64,000 nucleotides of DNA from the human T2T-CHM13v2.0 reference genome, Homo sapiens, in assembly GCF_009914755.1 (NCBI RefSeq), contig NC_060928.1; one strand, 5' to 3'. The position numbers and the translations under genes were made by a program. Under the pieces are notes generated by a model that did no database searches, was not told the origin of the DNA, and worked only from the letters and a program-made list of their open reading frames with translations. Positions 22,148-43,027 of this stretch are shown one piece after another (the stretch's first letter is position 1; every line of letters begins with the position of its first letter).

Positions 22148-22499
22148 ATATAGCAATCATTAAAATGATATATTTTATTATATTTTATTATCAAAAAATA
22201 GTTCTAAAAGCCATATTGCCAATGACAGAGAATGCTGGGGCAGAGTTTTCCAAGACTTTAAGCAGCATATTTGGGTCTGGAGTCTAAACGTCTCAATTTA
22301 TCAAACATTTGTTGTGCACCTACTGTATACAAGGCTCTGTGCAGGATACAGTGAAAAATGATGAAGCCATAGTCTTCACTCTCAAAGAATAAATGGGAGT
22401 CCTCTTCAGTGATAGAAACACAAAGCCAAGAAAAGAAGCAGCTTTTTGGTGAATGATGATCCTAAGGTACCAAAAGGGCATTGGTATATTTTTATTGAT

Positions 22500-22785
22500 T
22501 TAACAAACACTTCTGTAACGTGTTCTGTGCCAGGCACTATGTAAGTGCTCTTTATTAGTATGAACATATTTGATTCTCACAAAAATACCTGAATAACCTG
22601 AACTGTAGTATTACTATGCCCATCTTACATTTACTGGGCTTTGCCACTTACTGCTGTGTGACATTGGGCAAGTTATTTAACCTCTCTGTGGTTAAATAAC
22701 TTGCCCAATGTCACACAGCAGTAAGTGAAAAAGCCCAGATTCATGCCTAGGCCACCTGGTTCCAGAGTTTATGTTTGTAACTACT
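22500..22785 (-). mobile_element. MIR carrying an internal inverted copy
   Basis: tgtgccaggcactatgtaagtgct...ggttaaataacttgcccaatgtcacacagc...ggttccagagttt. Confidence 0.8.
22634..22738. repeat. Palindrome: perfect 38-bp arms (22645-22682 / 22690-22727), 7-nt loop
   Basis: Manual reverse complement; extends to 49 bp with 2 mismatches. Confidence 0.97.
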
Positions 22786-22795
22786 CTGGAATTGA

Positions 22796-23099
<304 letters not shown>

Positions 23100-23475
23100 A
23101 TTTTCTTTTCTTTTTTTCTCTTCTCTTCTTTCTTTTCTTTCTTTTTTAACATTCCCACATCACATTTATCTCCTTTTCTTTTTAAAAAAGTCCCTTGTTT
23201 ATTAATAAATGATGAATCCTCAGAGGGAAAAAACACAAACGAGGGCTAAAAATGAGACAATTTGGATGCAGTCCCACCTACTTTTAGAGCCATAGGCTGT
23301 CTCCACCTGACCTCAGCCACTTACATTGTTGGGTAACACTGAGTCAGTCACTTTTCTTTGGACTTCCATTTTCTCATCCCTAACTGGGAAGAATACAATC
23401 TGCCCTACTATAGTATAAGGTTATAATGAAGATGGAAAAGATAACGTATGTGAAAGTGGTTTTTAAAATTTACAT

Positions 23476-23588
23476 TTGGGAGGCTGAGAGAGTAGTCTGG
23501 GAGGTCAAGGCTGCAGTGAGCTATGATTGTGCCACTGTACTGCAGCCTAGGCGACAGAGTGAGACCCTGTCTCTAAGAAAAAAAAAAA
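23476..23588 (+). mobile_element. AluJ/FRAM right-arm fragment
   Basis: gaggtcaaggctgcagtgagctatgat. Confidence 0.8.
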
Positions 23589-23589
23589 G

Positions 23590-23985
23590 TTATTTATTTG
23601 AACAGGTACTGCATGCATACGGATAAAGGACAAATAAAATAAAATGCTACGCTGTAAAAAGTCCCATCTCCCTTCCACTCCAATCCCCTAGGCTCCGAGA
23701 GGTAACCGTTGGGTATGTACGTGTGCGCGCGCGTGTGTGTGTGTGTGTATCCTTTTAGAGATACGAAGCAGGTAGACAAGCATATATGCATATGTACCTT
23801 TCCTTTATCTCTTTTTGCATAAATGATGACATACTATCACACTTTTCTGCCCTTGCTTTTTTTTAGTTGCAATGTAATTCAAAAGTGTAACTGATTTCTG
23901 TATGTGCTTTTGAATCCACCTAATTCTTTTAAAAAGGCTGTTAATATTCCACTTGTGGATTTGCCAAAATTTATTTAAATTTAAA
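23590..23985 (-). mobile_element. Old L1ME-type 3' fragment with (GT)n
   Basis: gaggtaaccgtt...catactatcacacttttctgcccttgctttttt...ggctgttaatattcca. Confidence 0.55.
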
Positions 23986-23986
23986 A

Positions 23987-24514
<528 letters not shown>

Positions 24515-24640
24515 TTATTTCTATTTAAGAAAGGAAATGGAAGATGTGAGTTTTTGTCACAATCACTTTTTCTCAAATCTGGAGAGTTACCTGTTTTCAA
24601 AGGCACCTTAGGAAGCCTAGGAGAAGCCCATGATCATTCC

Positions 24641-25075
24641 TTTTTTTTTTTTTTTTGAGACAGAGTCTCTGTCACGCAGGCTGGAGTGTAGTGGCGCCAT
24701 CTCAGCTCGCTGCAACCTCTGCCTTCTGCATTCAAGCGATTCTCCTGCCTTAGCCTCCAAGTAGCCAGGATTACAGATGCACTACCACACCCAGATAATT
24801 TTTTGCATTTTTAGTAGAGACAGGGTTTCGCCATGTTAGGCAGGCTGGTCTTGAACACCTGACTTCAGGTCATTCACTCCCCTCGGCCTCCCAAAGTGCT
24901 GGGATTACAGGCATGAGCTACCGCATCTGGCCTCTTTTTTTTTTTTTTTTTTAAGACAGGGTCTCACTCTGTGGCCCAGGCTGGAGTGCAGTGGTGTGAT
25001 CATAGCTCACTGCTGGGACCACAGGTATGTACCGCTACATCTGGCTAATTCTTTTGTATTTTTTTGTAGAGACAA
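24641..25075 (-). mobile_element. AluSx (24641-24933) and deleted AluJ piece (24935-25075)
   Basis: Alu consensus match. Confidence 0.85.
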
Positions 25076-25444
25076 TCTTTTTTATTTTTTTGTAGAGACA
25101 GTCTTTTTTATTTTTTTGTGCATTCATTCTTGATCACTCAACTCATTTAACCAAGTGGTTCAATTCTTCAGAACGTTCCTTTTTCCACAGATAAACTAGG
25201 AATAAAAACAATGAACCAACCACAGAAGTTCACCTTTTTCAATCTTGATGCCACCACAGGAACTGGAAGACCTATGTTTGACCACCACCCCCACTCCCCA
25301 ACCCTTGACTCCTGCCAACCCCCGCCTCACTTACAAACTATATGATTATAGCAGCTGTGAGCAGGAGCAATTTGCCCAGACAGACGGAATTTCCATCTTG
25401 ACTTAACTTCTTTCTAGAAGTGGAATCAGAAAATACTGTGTAGT

Positions 25445-25625
25445 CATCTGTGTCTCAGTTTCCTCATCTGCAACATGAGAATACAAATAATAGCACCTAC
25501 CCATATGATTTTTATGAGGTTCAAATGAGATGTTATGTAAGGCATCTAGCACAGTAACTGGCGTATATAGTACAAGTTTAACCAGTGTCAACTATCATCA
25601 TCATCATCATCACCACCACTATCAT
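25445..25625 (+). mobile_element. MIR with (ATC)n tail
   Basis: tctgtgtctcagtttcctcatctgcaacatg...aatagcacctac. Confidence 0.8.
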
Positions 25626-25884
25626 TATATGACTCTTCTGAGACTTACTTTCCTCCCTTGTAAAATCACAGGTAGCCTACAGTCTCCATAACCAGGAACG
25701 GGAGTGGTCTTCTCTCTGTTTTGCTAATGAGTAAAATGAGGCAAGGCATGCTAAAATGACAATTCTCACAGAATGAGAAAAGAGAACCCCTGAAGAGAAT
25801 GGTGAGCTCCATTTTGAAGCAATGGGTCTGCTGTGTTCTTCCTGGCCCCAGACCACACAGGACTCCTGCCTCAGGGTTCACATC

Positions 25885-26917
<1,033 letters not shown>

Positions 26918-27611
26918 GCTCAAACCAGCACATGCAGCCAGGGTCTCTTGGAAGAAAACTCCTATTGCTCTCAGAGAGAAGAGTGTGTGGTTATTATCCC
27001 GTTGCGCCTAAATCAGGGGCCCATGAAGAAATAGGCTATTAGACATGGCCCTCTTATACTGTTTTCTTAACGAAAGTAAAATAAATAATTCTGAGCCCTT
27101 GGCCCACAGCCAAGGTCCTCTCGGGTTCAATTCTTCATCCTCTATTTGCAAGAGCTAATCATAGTGAAGGGTGCACGAAGCAACCGTTCTTTGTGTTCAG
27201 AGTGAAATAATGGCTTGTCATCCCTGAGAGTACGAAGGCTCTGTACTCCTCAGTGCAGTGAACACAAATCCCAGTCGCATGGCATCTGGCTTTTTCTTTT
27301 TCTAAGTGAATCAGAGTCTTTATGAGTAAACGTTTAGCTTTTTCCTCCACCCACTCTGGCCCAGCCATGACCAGGAGAGTGTTTTTTGTTTTTCTAGTTG
27401 AATTGACTCACCGATAGTTTTAGGAACCTGTTGGTTTGCATGTTTAGTTCTTTTTTTTTCCCCCATACCAGATTTGAAACCTAGCATGTTTAGTTTTGAT
27501 CTATCAGAAGGAGCTGGAATCCTTGTTTGCAAACTCACTGATTATATAGCATATATTTGACTCTGTTTTTGTTTAGAGAAAAAGATACCCACTTCTAAAA
27601 TAAAGAACTGA

Positions 27612-28572
<961 letters not shown>

Positions 28573-28587
28573 TAAAGAGTTATTTTT

Positions 28588-28766
28588 GGGCAGGTGTGGT
28601 GGCTCACGCCTGTAACCCAGCACTTTGGGAGGCCAAGGCGGGTGGGTCATGAGGTCAGGAGATCAAGACCATCCTGGCTAACAGGCAGAGCTTGCGGTGA
28701 GCCGAGATTGCGCCACTGCACTCCAGCCTGGGCAACAGAGCGAGACTCCGTCTCAAAAAAAAAAAA
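28588..28766 (+). mobile_element. Internally deleted AluY
   Basis: catcctggctaaca joined to ggcagagcttgcggtgagcc; TSD aaa(g/a)agttattttt. Confidence 0.85.
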
Positions 28767-28939
28767 GTTATTTTTAATAAAGATATATAAAAAAATATTG
28801 CTTTAAAAGTTTCTTAGGCAAGGAATGTATAAAATTGAGTACGTCTCCAAATTCCTATTCTGATATAGCAACTGCTAACAATTACTGAGTTTCTATCATG
28901 AGCAGATATTGTGCTAAGTATTTTATGTGCATAATTTCA

Positions 28940-29260
28940 TTTAATTTATTGAACAAATATTATTGAGCACTCATATATTGTTCCAGGCAATGTTCTAGAC
29001 ATGGGTGATACTAGCAGGGAATAAAACAGACAAAATCTATGATCTTATAAAAATGGATATATAATAGGTCAGACGGTAATAAGTGCTATAAAGAGAAATC
29101 AAACTTGGCTAAAGTGGGGTGAAAAGTACCTTTAGGTGAAAGGTGGCTGCTGTTAATTTATTATAGGGTGATCAAAGAAGATTTCTCTAATAGGTTAACA
29201 GTTTTCTGGGCAAAATTGTTTCTAGATAGAGGACACCGCAAAAAGTAAGAAAATGTTGAA
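28940..29260 (-). mobile_element. L2 3' region
   Basis: aacaaatattattgagcactc...ccaggcaatgttctagac...aataaaacagacaaaa. Confidence 0.7.
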
Positions 29261-29280
29261 CATTTGACTTTCTAAGATAA

Positions 29281-29642
<362 letters not shown>

Positions 29643-30157
29643 GACTAAGGATTATTCTTATATGTGCCCATGTCACCTACGTAATAAGAGGGAAAGTCAA
29701 AGCACAACCCTCAGACTATTAAGTCTATGCCTTACTCTCCCAAACATCATTCAATTTACTCATCCCAACTAAGAGCTCCTCTTTTAAAAGATTGGCAGAA
29801 CATAAGACTACCAGGAATTAATTGGTGCTGCTGTCAGTTCTACAATTTAGTCTAGCCTTAGGCAAATTACTGACACTTGCTCTTCTCCAGAAACTGTAAA
29901 ATGGGATTTAGGTAATTAACAACTCAGAACAACTATTTTGAGAACTAATTAGCTAATGGTTACAAAATACCCTGAACATTAACAATAAGAGTGTTTTCAT
30001 TCTGAGTATCACATTTTCTTCTGAATGGAACTCCAGGTACCTCCATCCTTGCCTGCTCTGAACTTCCACACCCAGGTTCTCCTCAGATTTCTCTCTATTG
30101 GCAAAACCAATTAAGTAGATAGTAAAACCAGAGTGCATGTATCATCTTTTAAAAAAA

Positions 30158-30916
<759 letters not shown>

Positions 30917-31148
30917 CTCCAGATATCATCTTTAACTCCTTTGCCTTCTCCACATACATTTCCAAGTCCTGTTCATTCTACCTCCAAAATGTATCTTGTA
31001 TCCATTCATCTCTCTCCATCTTCAATCTATTTCAATACCCCATCATCTCTTGCATGGAGGAGTGTAATAATTGGCTAACTGGCCACCTCTTTTTCCAACT
31101 TGCTCCTTTCTTAAGCATTCGCCACACAAAAGCCAGAGTGACCTTTAA

Positions 31149-31816
<668 letters not shown>

Positions 31817-31882
31817 TCAGTGATTGCCTATTGCAGACTAAGTACAGCACAATATCAGCTTGGCACAATTCCTTACCATGGC

Positions 31883-31992
31883 TAGGGTGACCTCATCCTG
31901 TTTTGCCCAAGACTTTCTTGATTTCAGCACTGAAAGTCCTGCATTTCAGGAAACCCTCAGTTCTGGGCAAACTGGGGCAATGGTTCCCCCTA
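31883..31992 (+). mobile_element. MER81 MITE (hAT-Blackjack)
   Basis: TIRs tagggtgacc / ggttcccccta, core cagcactgaaagtcc; 8-bp TSD accatggc/accattgc. Confidence 0.85.
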
Positions 31993-32584
31993 ACCATTGC
32001 CTTTAAGGCCTCACTCACATGAAGAGCTCCTGCCTGCCTCACAGCCTCACCTCATCCACTGTGCCTTCAATCACTACACCCTCTGCACACTGGCCTTGGT
32101 CTGGTTCTAAGGCAGCCCGGCCCTTTCCATCCTCAAGGCCTCGAGGGTTGTGCTTGCCTTTTCCCTTGCCTGGAAGGCTCTTCCCATGGCTGGATTCTTC
32201 TCATCCCTTAAAGCTCAGTTTAAATGCTCCAGAAAGGCCTTTCCTGATCTGAGTTAACTCAACAGATCCTATCTGCTATTCTTTATGATATCATTCTTCT
32301 ATTTCCTGCCTAGCACTTATCACTAGTGAAAAGGAAAAAAAGAACCCTTTTTTTCTATACTCCTACAGAACACTTCTGACAACACAACACATGTCAGGAA
32401 AACCAGGTAGGTTTTTCACACGAAGCGATTCACCAATTCTCTGCAGACAACAGCTGGGTGTCCTACAATTTATCTCAATTCTGACACTAACTGTCTGGAG
32501 TTAGCACAGACCCCACTGGGGAAGGGCTCAGTCCCATAAGACTACCCTTTGATGCCAAAATGCAAGCCTGGGATTCCTACAGTG

Positions 32585-32896
<312 letters not shown>

Positions 32897-33235
32897 TAAA
32901 TTCATAACCTGTCTCCCTGAGCCTAGAGGACCTTGATTCTGTTGCTCCTGAAACAGCTGGAGTAGGAAGGAGAACAGCTGCTATGCCCAGAAAACTGTGC
33001 AGGAACCGGTGGGCTTCCTATACTTCTGACCAACTAACTATAAATAAAGGGTTCTCACAATCCCCTCTTTGGGTTCCATAATTTGCTAGAATGGCTCACG
33101 GAACTCAGGAGCACGCTTTGCGTACCATCACCCAGTTCATTGTAAAGGATGCAACTCAGGAGCAGCCAGGTGGAAAAGATGCACAGGGCAAGGTATGAGG
33201 ACAGGTGGAGCTTCCATGCTCTCCAAACATGCCAC

Positions 33236-33294
33236 CCTCCCAGCATCTTTTTTTTTTTCTCTCCAGCCACATCCTTTTGACCTCCCAGCATCTT
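33236..33294 (-). other. 31-bp poly(A)-tailed insert flanked by 14-bp TSD
   Basis: cctcccagcatctt at 33236-33249 and 33281-33294; T-run adjacent to the first copy. Confidence 0.7.
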
Positions 33295-33555
33295 GATGTG
33301 TTTGTTCACTCACTTGGAAGGTCTCTGTACCCTGTTGTGTAGGGGTTTTATGGAGGTTCCGTTATGTGGGCATGATTGACTAACTCACTGGCCATTACTG
33401 ATTGAACTCAAATTTTAACCCTCCGACTCTCCCCAGAGGTTGAACGGTGGGGCCGAAAGTTTCAACTGTCTAATCACAAAGATAGCTCCCCTGACAGCCA
33501 GCGCCCCCTCCTTAGGGGTTTTCCCAAAGTCACTTCACGAACTTGTGAAGGTGTA

Positions 33556-33908
<353 letters not shown>

Positions 33909-34018
33909 TCAAATTATCACTTGGGAAATTACAAAGGTTTTAGGAGCTCTAGGCGGGAAATGAAGACAAAGACTAAATATATATTTTTTATTATACTGCA
34001 ATATCACACTAGTCTTGA

Positions 34019-34336
<318 letters not shown>

Positions 34337-34344
34337 TGATTTAT

Positions 34345-34475
34345 TTTCCATTTACCTGTTTATTGTCTGTTTCTTATCCCTAGAATGTGAGAGGACAGGG
34401 GCCTTGTCTGCATTGTTCACTGTGGTATCCCCAGCACATGACACAAAACATGTGCTCAGAAAATACTTACTGAAA
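34345..34475 (+). mobile_element. L2 3' end
   Basis: ctagaatgtgagaggacagggg...gttcactgtggtatccccagca...gtgctcagaaaatac. Confidence 0.7.
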
Positions 34476-34940
34476 ATACTTACAGAAAATACCTACTTTA
34501 CAAGCCTCACCTCTACCAAACAACAGGTGGACTCAAGCCCTGGAGGGACAGAGATTAAGGTCTCACAAACACCAGGACATCTGGTCAACCTGGTTCCTCC
34601 CAATGCCTGCAGGTGATTGAGAGCTGACCTCAAAGGGACCTCAAAGAAATTCTGGTTTATCTGGAGTTCTAGAGAGGTTAAAGGACTAGCCCTATGTTAT
34701 ACACTCAGTTTACATTTAACATAGGGCTAAAACCAACATTTCCTAATTCCCTACCAACTGAGCTCTAATTTCAAAGTATCTTAGTGTAAGAAGAAATCGC
34801 CAGATCCCATCTGCTCTAGTCCTTCCAAACAGCACCCTATCATTACCCGCATTTAAAAGATAAGACATCTGGTGCTAAAAGAAGTAAATGACTTTTCCTA
34901 GGTCACACGCCTATTGAAAGGCAAGGAAGGACTTCATTCG

Positions 34941-35584
34941 TTTTTTTTTTTGTTTTTTTTTTTTTGAGGCGGAATCTCACTCTGTCACCACCAGGCTGGA
35001 GTGCAGTGTTGCCATTTCAGCTCACTGCAACCTCCGCCTCCTGGGTTCAGGTGATTCTCCTGCCTCCTGAGTAGCTGAGACTACAGGTGTGTGCCACCAC
35101 ACCCGGCTAATTTTTGTATTTTTAGTAGAGACGGGGTTTCACCATGCTAGCCAGGCTGGTCTTGAACTCCTGACCTCAGGCAATCCACCCACCTCGGCTC
35201 CCAAAGTGGTGGGATTACAGGCGTGAGCTACTGCGCCTGGCCTGAAGGACTTCATTCTTACACCACACTGTCTCCAGGTTTTTGTTTTTTTGGTTTTTTT
35301 TGAGACGGAGTTTCGCTCTTGTGGCCCAGGCTGGAGTACAATGGTGCAGTCTTGGCTCACTCCAACCTCCGCCTCTCAGGTTCAAGCGATTTCCCTGCCT
35401 CAGCCTCACAAGTAGCTGAGATTACAGGCGTGTGCCACAATGCCTGGCTAATTTTGTATTTTTAGTAGAGATGGAGTTTCTCCATGTTGGTCAGGCTGAT
35501 CTTGAACTCCCGACCTCAGATGATCTGCCCACCTCAGTCTCCCAAAGTGCTGGGATTACAGGCTTGAGCCACTGCACCCGGCCT
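34941..35584 (-). mobile_element. AluSx (34941-35242) and AluSp (35278-35584)
   Basis: TSDs gaaggacttcattc and tgtctccaggtttt. Confidence 0.92.
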
Positions 35585-35754
35585 TGTCTCCAGGTTTTAA
35601 TCTTCTGTATTCTAGATTTTGTACAACCATGGAATTAAGTATCTTTCCCATATTAGACCCATTAGCAAATACCCCTGAGAGAGAGAGAGAGATTAGGTGC
35701 AGAAATAGCTCAGGAATGCCAAATCATTTAACAGATGCAGTGCTTTTGTTCTTG

Positions 35755-36530
<776 letters not shown>

Positions 36531-36917
36531 GATGGTAAGTGCTCTTTGGAACTCCTCCTTTTAAAACTGGCGTGTCTTCAGGAAGCTGAATATCTACAAA
36601 GCTAGGCCTCGGAGAGAAGGCTTTTCCTGAGTATGTTTGTGTGAGTGATTCCGTGTGTTAACAAAGCGCCCCAGGATTTGCCTTTTCTTCCCCTGTTTCT
36701 TGCTGTTAGAATGTTAATCTGGCTAAATCCATTCAGCTTCACTCGTTTGGAAATCAGTCATCTAATGCTTGTAGCGAAAAAAGGAGACAAGCTAATACAT
36801 CTCAACAGAGCAGATACGTGGGAGCCACTCCCACAGATCAAGATCCTTGCAGAAACCCAAGCCATTGTTCAGCCAATAGTAAATAAGAATCCGAGTCATT
36901 CTAAAACTGAGTAGAAA

Positions 36918-36927
36918 GCTGAGTCAT
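36918..36927 (-). promoter_or_regulatory. Candidate ARE/NF-E2/AP-1 site ATGACTCAGC
   Basis: Exact RTGACTCAGC match in non-repeat DNA; motif only, function untested. Confidence 0.3.
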
Positions 36928-37127
36928 CCTTCCCTCTATCAAGAGCTTTATTCCTTTTGCATCCTGTGGATCTTGGTTGGTTAACACATTACTGAACGGT
37001 GACGTGGGTAGGTCTGTCTGCCTGCATCAAATCCTGCCCTAACCACATTCTCAAGATAGTTTTCACCACATTTACTAAACTTCCTTGAACCTCAGTTTCC
37101 TCCTCTGCAGGAGGAGGGTATGAATGC

Positions 37128-37856
37128 TTTATTAGTTTTCTACTGCTGTGTAATAAATTAGCACAGATCTAGAGGGTAAGAGCTACTCCCACTCATCATT
37201 TCACAGTGCTGTAGGCCAGAGGCCCCAGATGGCGTAACCAGGTTTTCTGCTAAGAGCCTTGAAACGCTGAAATCAAGATGTTGGTTGTCCGTGTCCTCAC
37301 CTAGAGCTCAGGGTCTTCCTCCAAGCTCATCCCTGTTGTCAGCAGAATGTAGGTTCCTGCAGTTGTGGGACCGAGGCCTTGTTTCCTCACTGGCTGTCAG
37401 CAGAGGCCATTTCTCAGCTCCTTAAGCCTGCCCCCTTCCTCCACAGTGACCCTCTATTCCAAAGCAGCAACTACACACCTAACCCTTCTGACACTTGGAA
37501 AACATCTGACTTCTGCTCTCAGCCAGAGAAAGCTCTCTGCTTTTATTCTTTTTTTTATCTACTTATTTATTTTGTAGAGTGGGGATCTCGCTATGTTGCC
37601 CAGGCTGATTTTAAACTCCTGGGCTCAAGTGATCCTCTTGCCTTGACCTCCCAAAGTGCTGGGATTACAGGCATGGGCCACCATGCCTGCCGCTTTCTGC
37701 TTTAGCAGCTCATGTTCACCCAGATAATCACTCTTTCTTAAGGTCAACTGTGCCATACAACATAATATAATCATCAGAGTGAAATCTCATCATATTCACA
37801 GGTTCCAGAGATAAAGGACATCTTTAGGGTCCATTTTAGACATTCTGCCTACAACA
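37128..37856 (-). mobile_element. MLT1E/D-like MaLR LTR with nested FLAM (37545-37691)
   Basis: tattagttttctactgctgtgtaataaatta...gctgaaatcaagatgt...attctgcctacaaca. Confidence 0.75.
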
Positions 37857-38016
37857 AATGCCTTCCTTGCAGAACTCTTTTGAAAATTAGAGATGATGTA
37901 TGTGTGTAAAATAGTTGCCAGCTGCTAATAGCTGCTATTACTATAAGAGCCTCTTTGATGCAGGGAGCAACTAAGTAACTGAGCTACTCAGTGAATCAAG
38001 TATAAGACCAGACTCC

Positions 38017-38312
38017 GGTGCCAGGGCTGTGGCTCATGCCTATAATCCCAACACTTTGGGAGGCCGAGGCAGGCGGATCACCTGAGGTCGGGAGTTCAAG
38101 ACCAGCCTGACCAACATGGAGAAACCCTGTCTCTACTAAAAATACAAAATTAGCCAGGCGTGGTGGCGTGTGCCTGTAATCCCAGTTACTCAGGAGGTTG
38201 AGGCAAGAGAATAGCTTGAACTGGGAAGGCGGAAGTTGCAGTGAGCGGAGATCACGCCACTGCACTCCAGGCTGGGTGACAGAGCGAGACTCCGTCTCAA
38301 AAAAAAAAAAAA
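38017..38312 (+). mobile_element. AluSp
   Basis: gaccaacatggagaaaccc; TSD aga(c/t)cagactcc. Confidence 0.9.
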
Positions 38313-38617
38313 GATCAGACTCCAAACAGTCTATGGTAAACACCTATCATTACCTTTCTTATATGTATGAATATTAAAACAGCATTTCACGCATAACAAG
38401 TACACTGTTTTTATTGGAGCATTTATTAATGAGTTGATTTGGAAGTTCACCTTAGACAAAGATTGAGTTCCTCCCCTTTTCTCTGAATACATTATTTCTC
38501 TCTTTTATCAAATCATTTTGGCAAAGCTGCTGCTTCTTCTTCCTTCTCATGTACTTTGGTGGAGTTCCTTAACACAGGACTCTGCATTTGGCTTTTATAG
38601 CACAAGTATTGCTATGA

Positions 38618-39135
<518 letters not shown>

Positions 39136-39337
39136 AAAACTTTAAGGACTAAGAGCTAGACCATAATGTGTCAGAAGACTCTTTTCCCCTCTGCCATGGC
39201 AACTGGCAATATTCCAAATAGCTTCTGTTCTTTTAGCCTGGGGGATACCTGTAATTATAGCATAACACAGTCCACCTGGGACTCTCACAGTGGCGACACT
39301 GAATATTTCTATGCAACCTTAAAAATCTCCACAGATT

Positions 39338-39630
<293 letters not shown>

Positions 39631-39644
39631 ATCTCCACAGATAG

Positions 39645-39795
39645 GTTTATTATTATTCCTGTTTTACAGACTGTGTAACTAAGGCTCAGAGAAGTCAAAG
39701 AACGTGCCCATAGTCACATCTAGTAAGTGGTTAAAGCCAAAATTCAAACCCAGACCACTGGATTCCTAAATCTGAGCTTCTAACTATAGCCAGTA
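39645..39795 (-). mobile_element. MIR
   Basis: ttttacagactgtgtaactaaggctcagagaagtcaa...attcaaacccag. Confidence 0.75.
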
Positions 39796-39852
39796 AAAGC
39801 CTGACCTAATGTAATGGAAATGGAGATGAACAAATGTGCCTAGAAAAGTGAA

Positions 39853-40153
39853 GTTTTTTTTGTTTTGTTTTGAGATGGCGTCTCGCTCTATAGCCCAGGC
39901 TGTAGTGCAGTGGCGCAATCTTGGCTCACTGCAGCCTCCACCTCCTGGGTTCAAGGGATCCTCCTGCCTCAGCCTTTTGAGTAGCTGGGATTACAGGCAC
40001 CCGCCACCACACCCAGCTAATTTTTCTATTTTTAGTAGAGACAGGGTTTCATGGTGTTTGTCAGGCTGGTCTCAAACTCCTGACCTCAGGTGATCCACCC
40101 ACCTCTGCCTCCAAAGTACTGGGATTACAGGCGTGAGCCATCTTGCACGGCCC
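39853..40153 (-). mobile_element. AluSx-like
   Basis: Reverse dimer. Confidence 0.9.
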
Positions 40154-40684
40154 CATTTTTTCTTTATTTCTAAAAATAAAATTTGTTGGACAATCTGGGG
40201 AGGATGAGCTAAGGTATGGATTTTCTTTGTATTTATATTGCTTGGGATTCACTGAGCTTCTTGGATTTATTGATATTTTCATCAACTTTGGGAAATGTTG
40301 GGCCATTCGTTCTTCCGTTATTTTTCTGTCCCATTCTCACTGTCTTTTTTTGGGACATCAGTTACATGTAGGTCTAATATTGTCCTCCAGGTCTCTGAGG
40401 CTGTATTAATTTTTTTCCAATCTTTTTTCTCTGTTTTTCGAATAGGATAATTCTTATTGGTTGGTCTTTGGGTTTACTGACTGTTTTGCCATCTTCCGTC
40501 TGCTGTTAAGTCTTTCCAGTGAGTTTTGTTATTTTATTTTGCCTTTCAGTTCTAGAGTTTGCATTTGCTTCTTTTTTAGAGTTTCCATTTCTCTGCTGAG
40601 GTTCCCTACTTACTCATTAAGATAATATTTTCCTTTATTTTGAACATATTTACATGTGTTCCTTTAATTCTTTAAATATCTTTA

Positions 40685-42053
<1,369 letters not shown>

Positions 42054-42467
42054 TAAATGTCTTCGTCTACTACATCTAATATCTGCGTAGTCTCAGGATC
42101 AGGTCAATTTCTTTGACTACTTTTGTTTTTCTTTATTTTCTTTCTTCCTTCTTCTTTTTTTCCTTTTTTTTTTTTTGCATGTCTAGTAATGTTTTATGGT
42201 AATACTGGACACTACAGCTAATACGTTGTAGAAATTTTGGATTCTGTTATCTTTATTTTTGTTCCAATAGGCAGGTCAGTTATTTCCTGGTCACTTTGAG
42301 CTTGCATACGAGTTTTTTGTTTGTTTTGCTTTTAACTTCGTTAGGGTAGATCTTTGGAAATTTCAAGATATTTTTCCAACCTTCGAGCTCTGTTTCCCTT
42401 GTGGATTTTGTCAAGGCGTAGTTTTAGGCTTTGTTAGGGCATGTCTAGTGTGGGCCTTCCTCTAGGA

Positions 42468-42667
42468 CAGTCGCCTCAAATTTAGTTTGTATCTGAATCA
42501 TCTGAAGAGCTATTGTTAGAACATAAATTTCTGGGCTTCTCCTGAGTTTCTGATTCAGTAGGTCTGAAGTGGGGCCCTTGAATTTGCATTTCCAACAGTA
42601 ACGTCTAACAAATTTCCAGGTTATGTTGATGCTGCTGGTCAGGGGACAGCAATTTAAGAAATATTGC
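42468..42667. mobile_element. MER5A MITE (hAT-Charlie)
   Basis: gagtttctgattcagtaggtctgaagtggggccc...aatttgcatttc...gatgctgctggtc. Confidence 0.85.
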
Positions 42668-42679
42668 TGTAGACCATGA

Positions 42680-43027
<348 letters not shown>

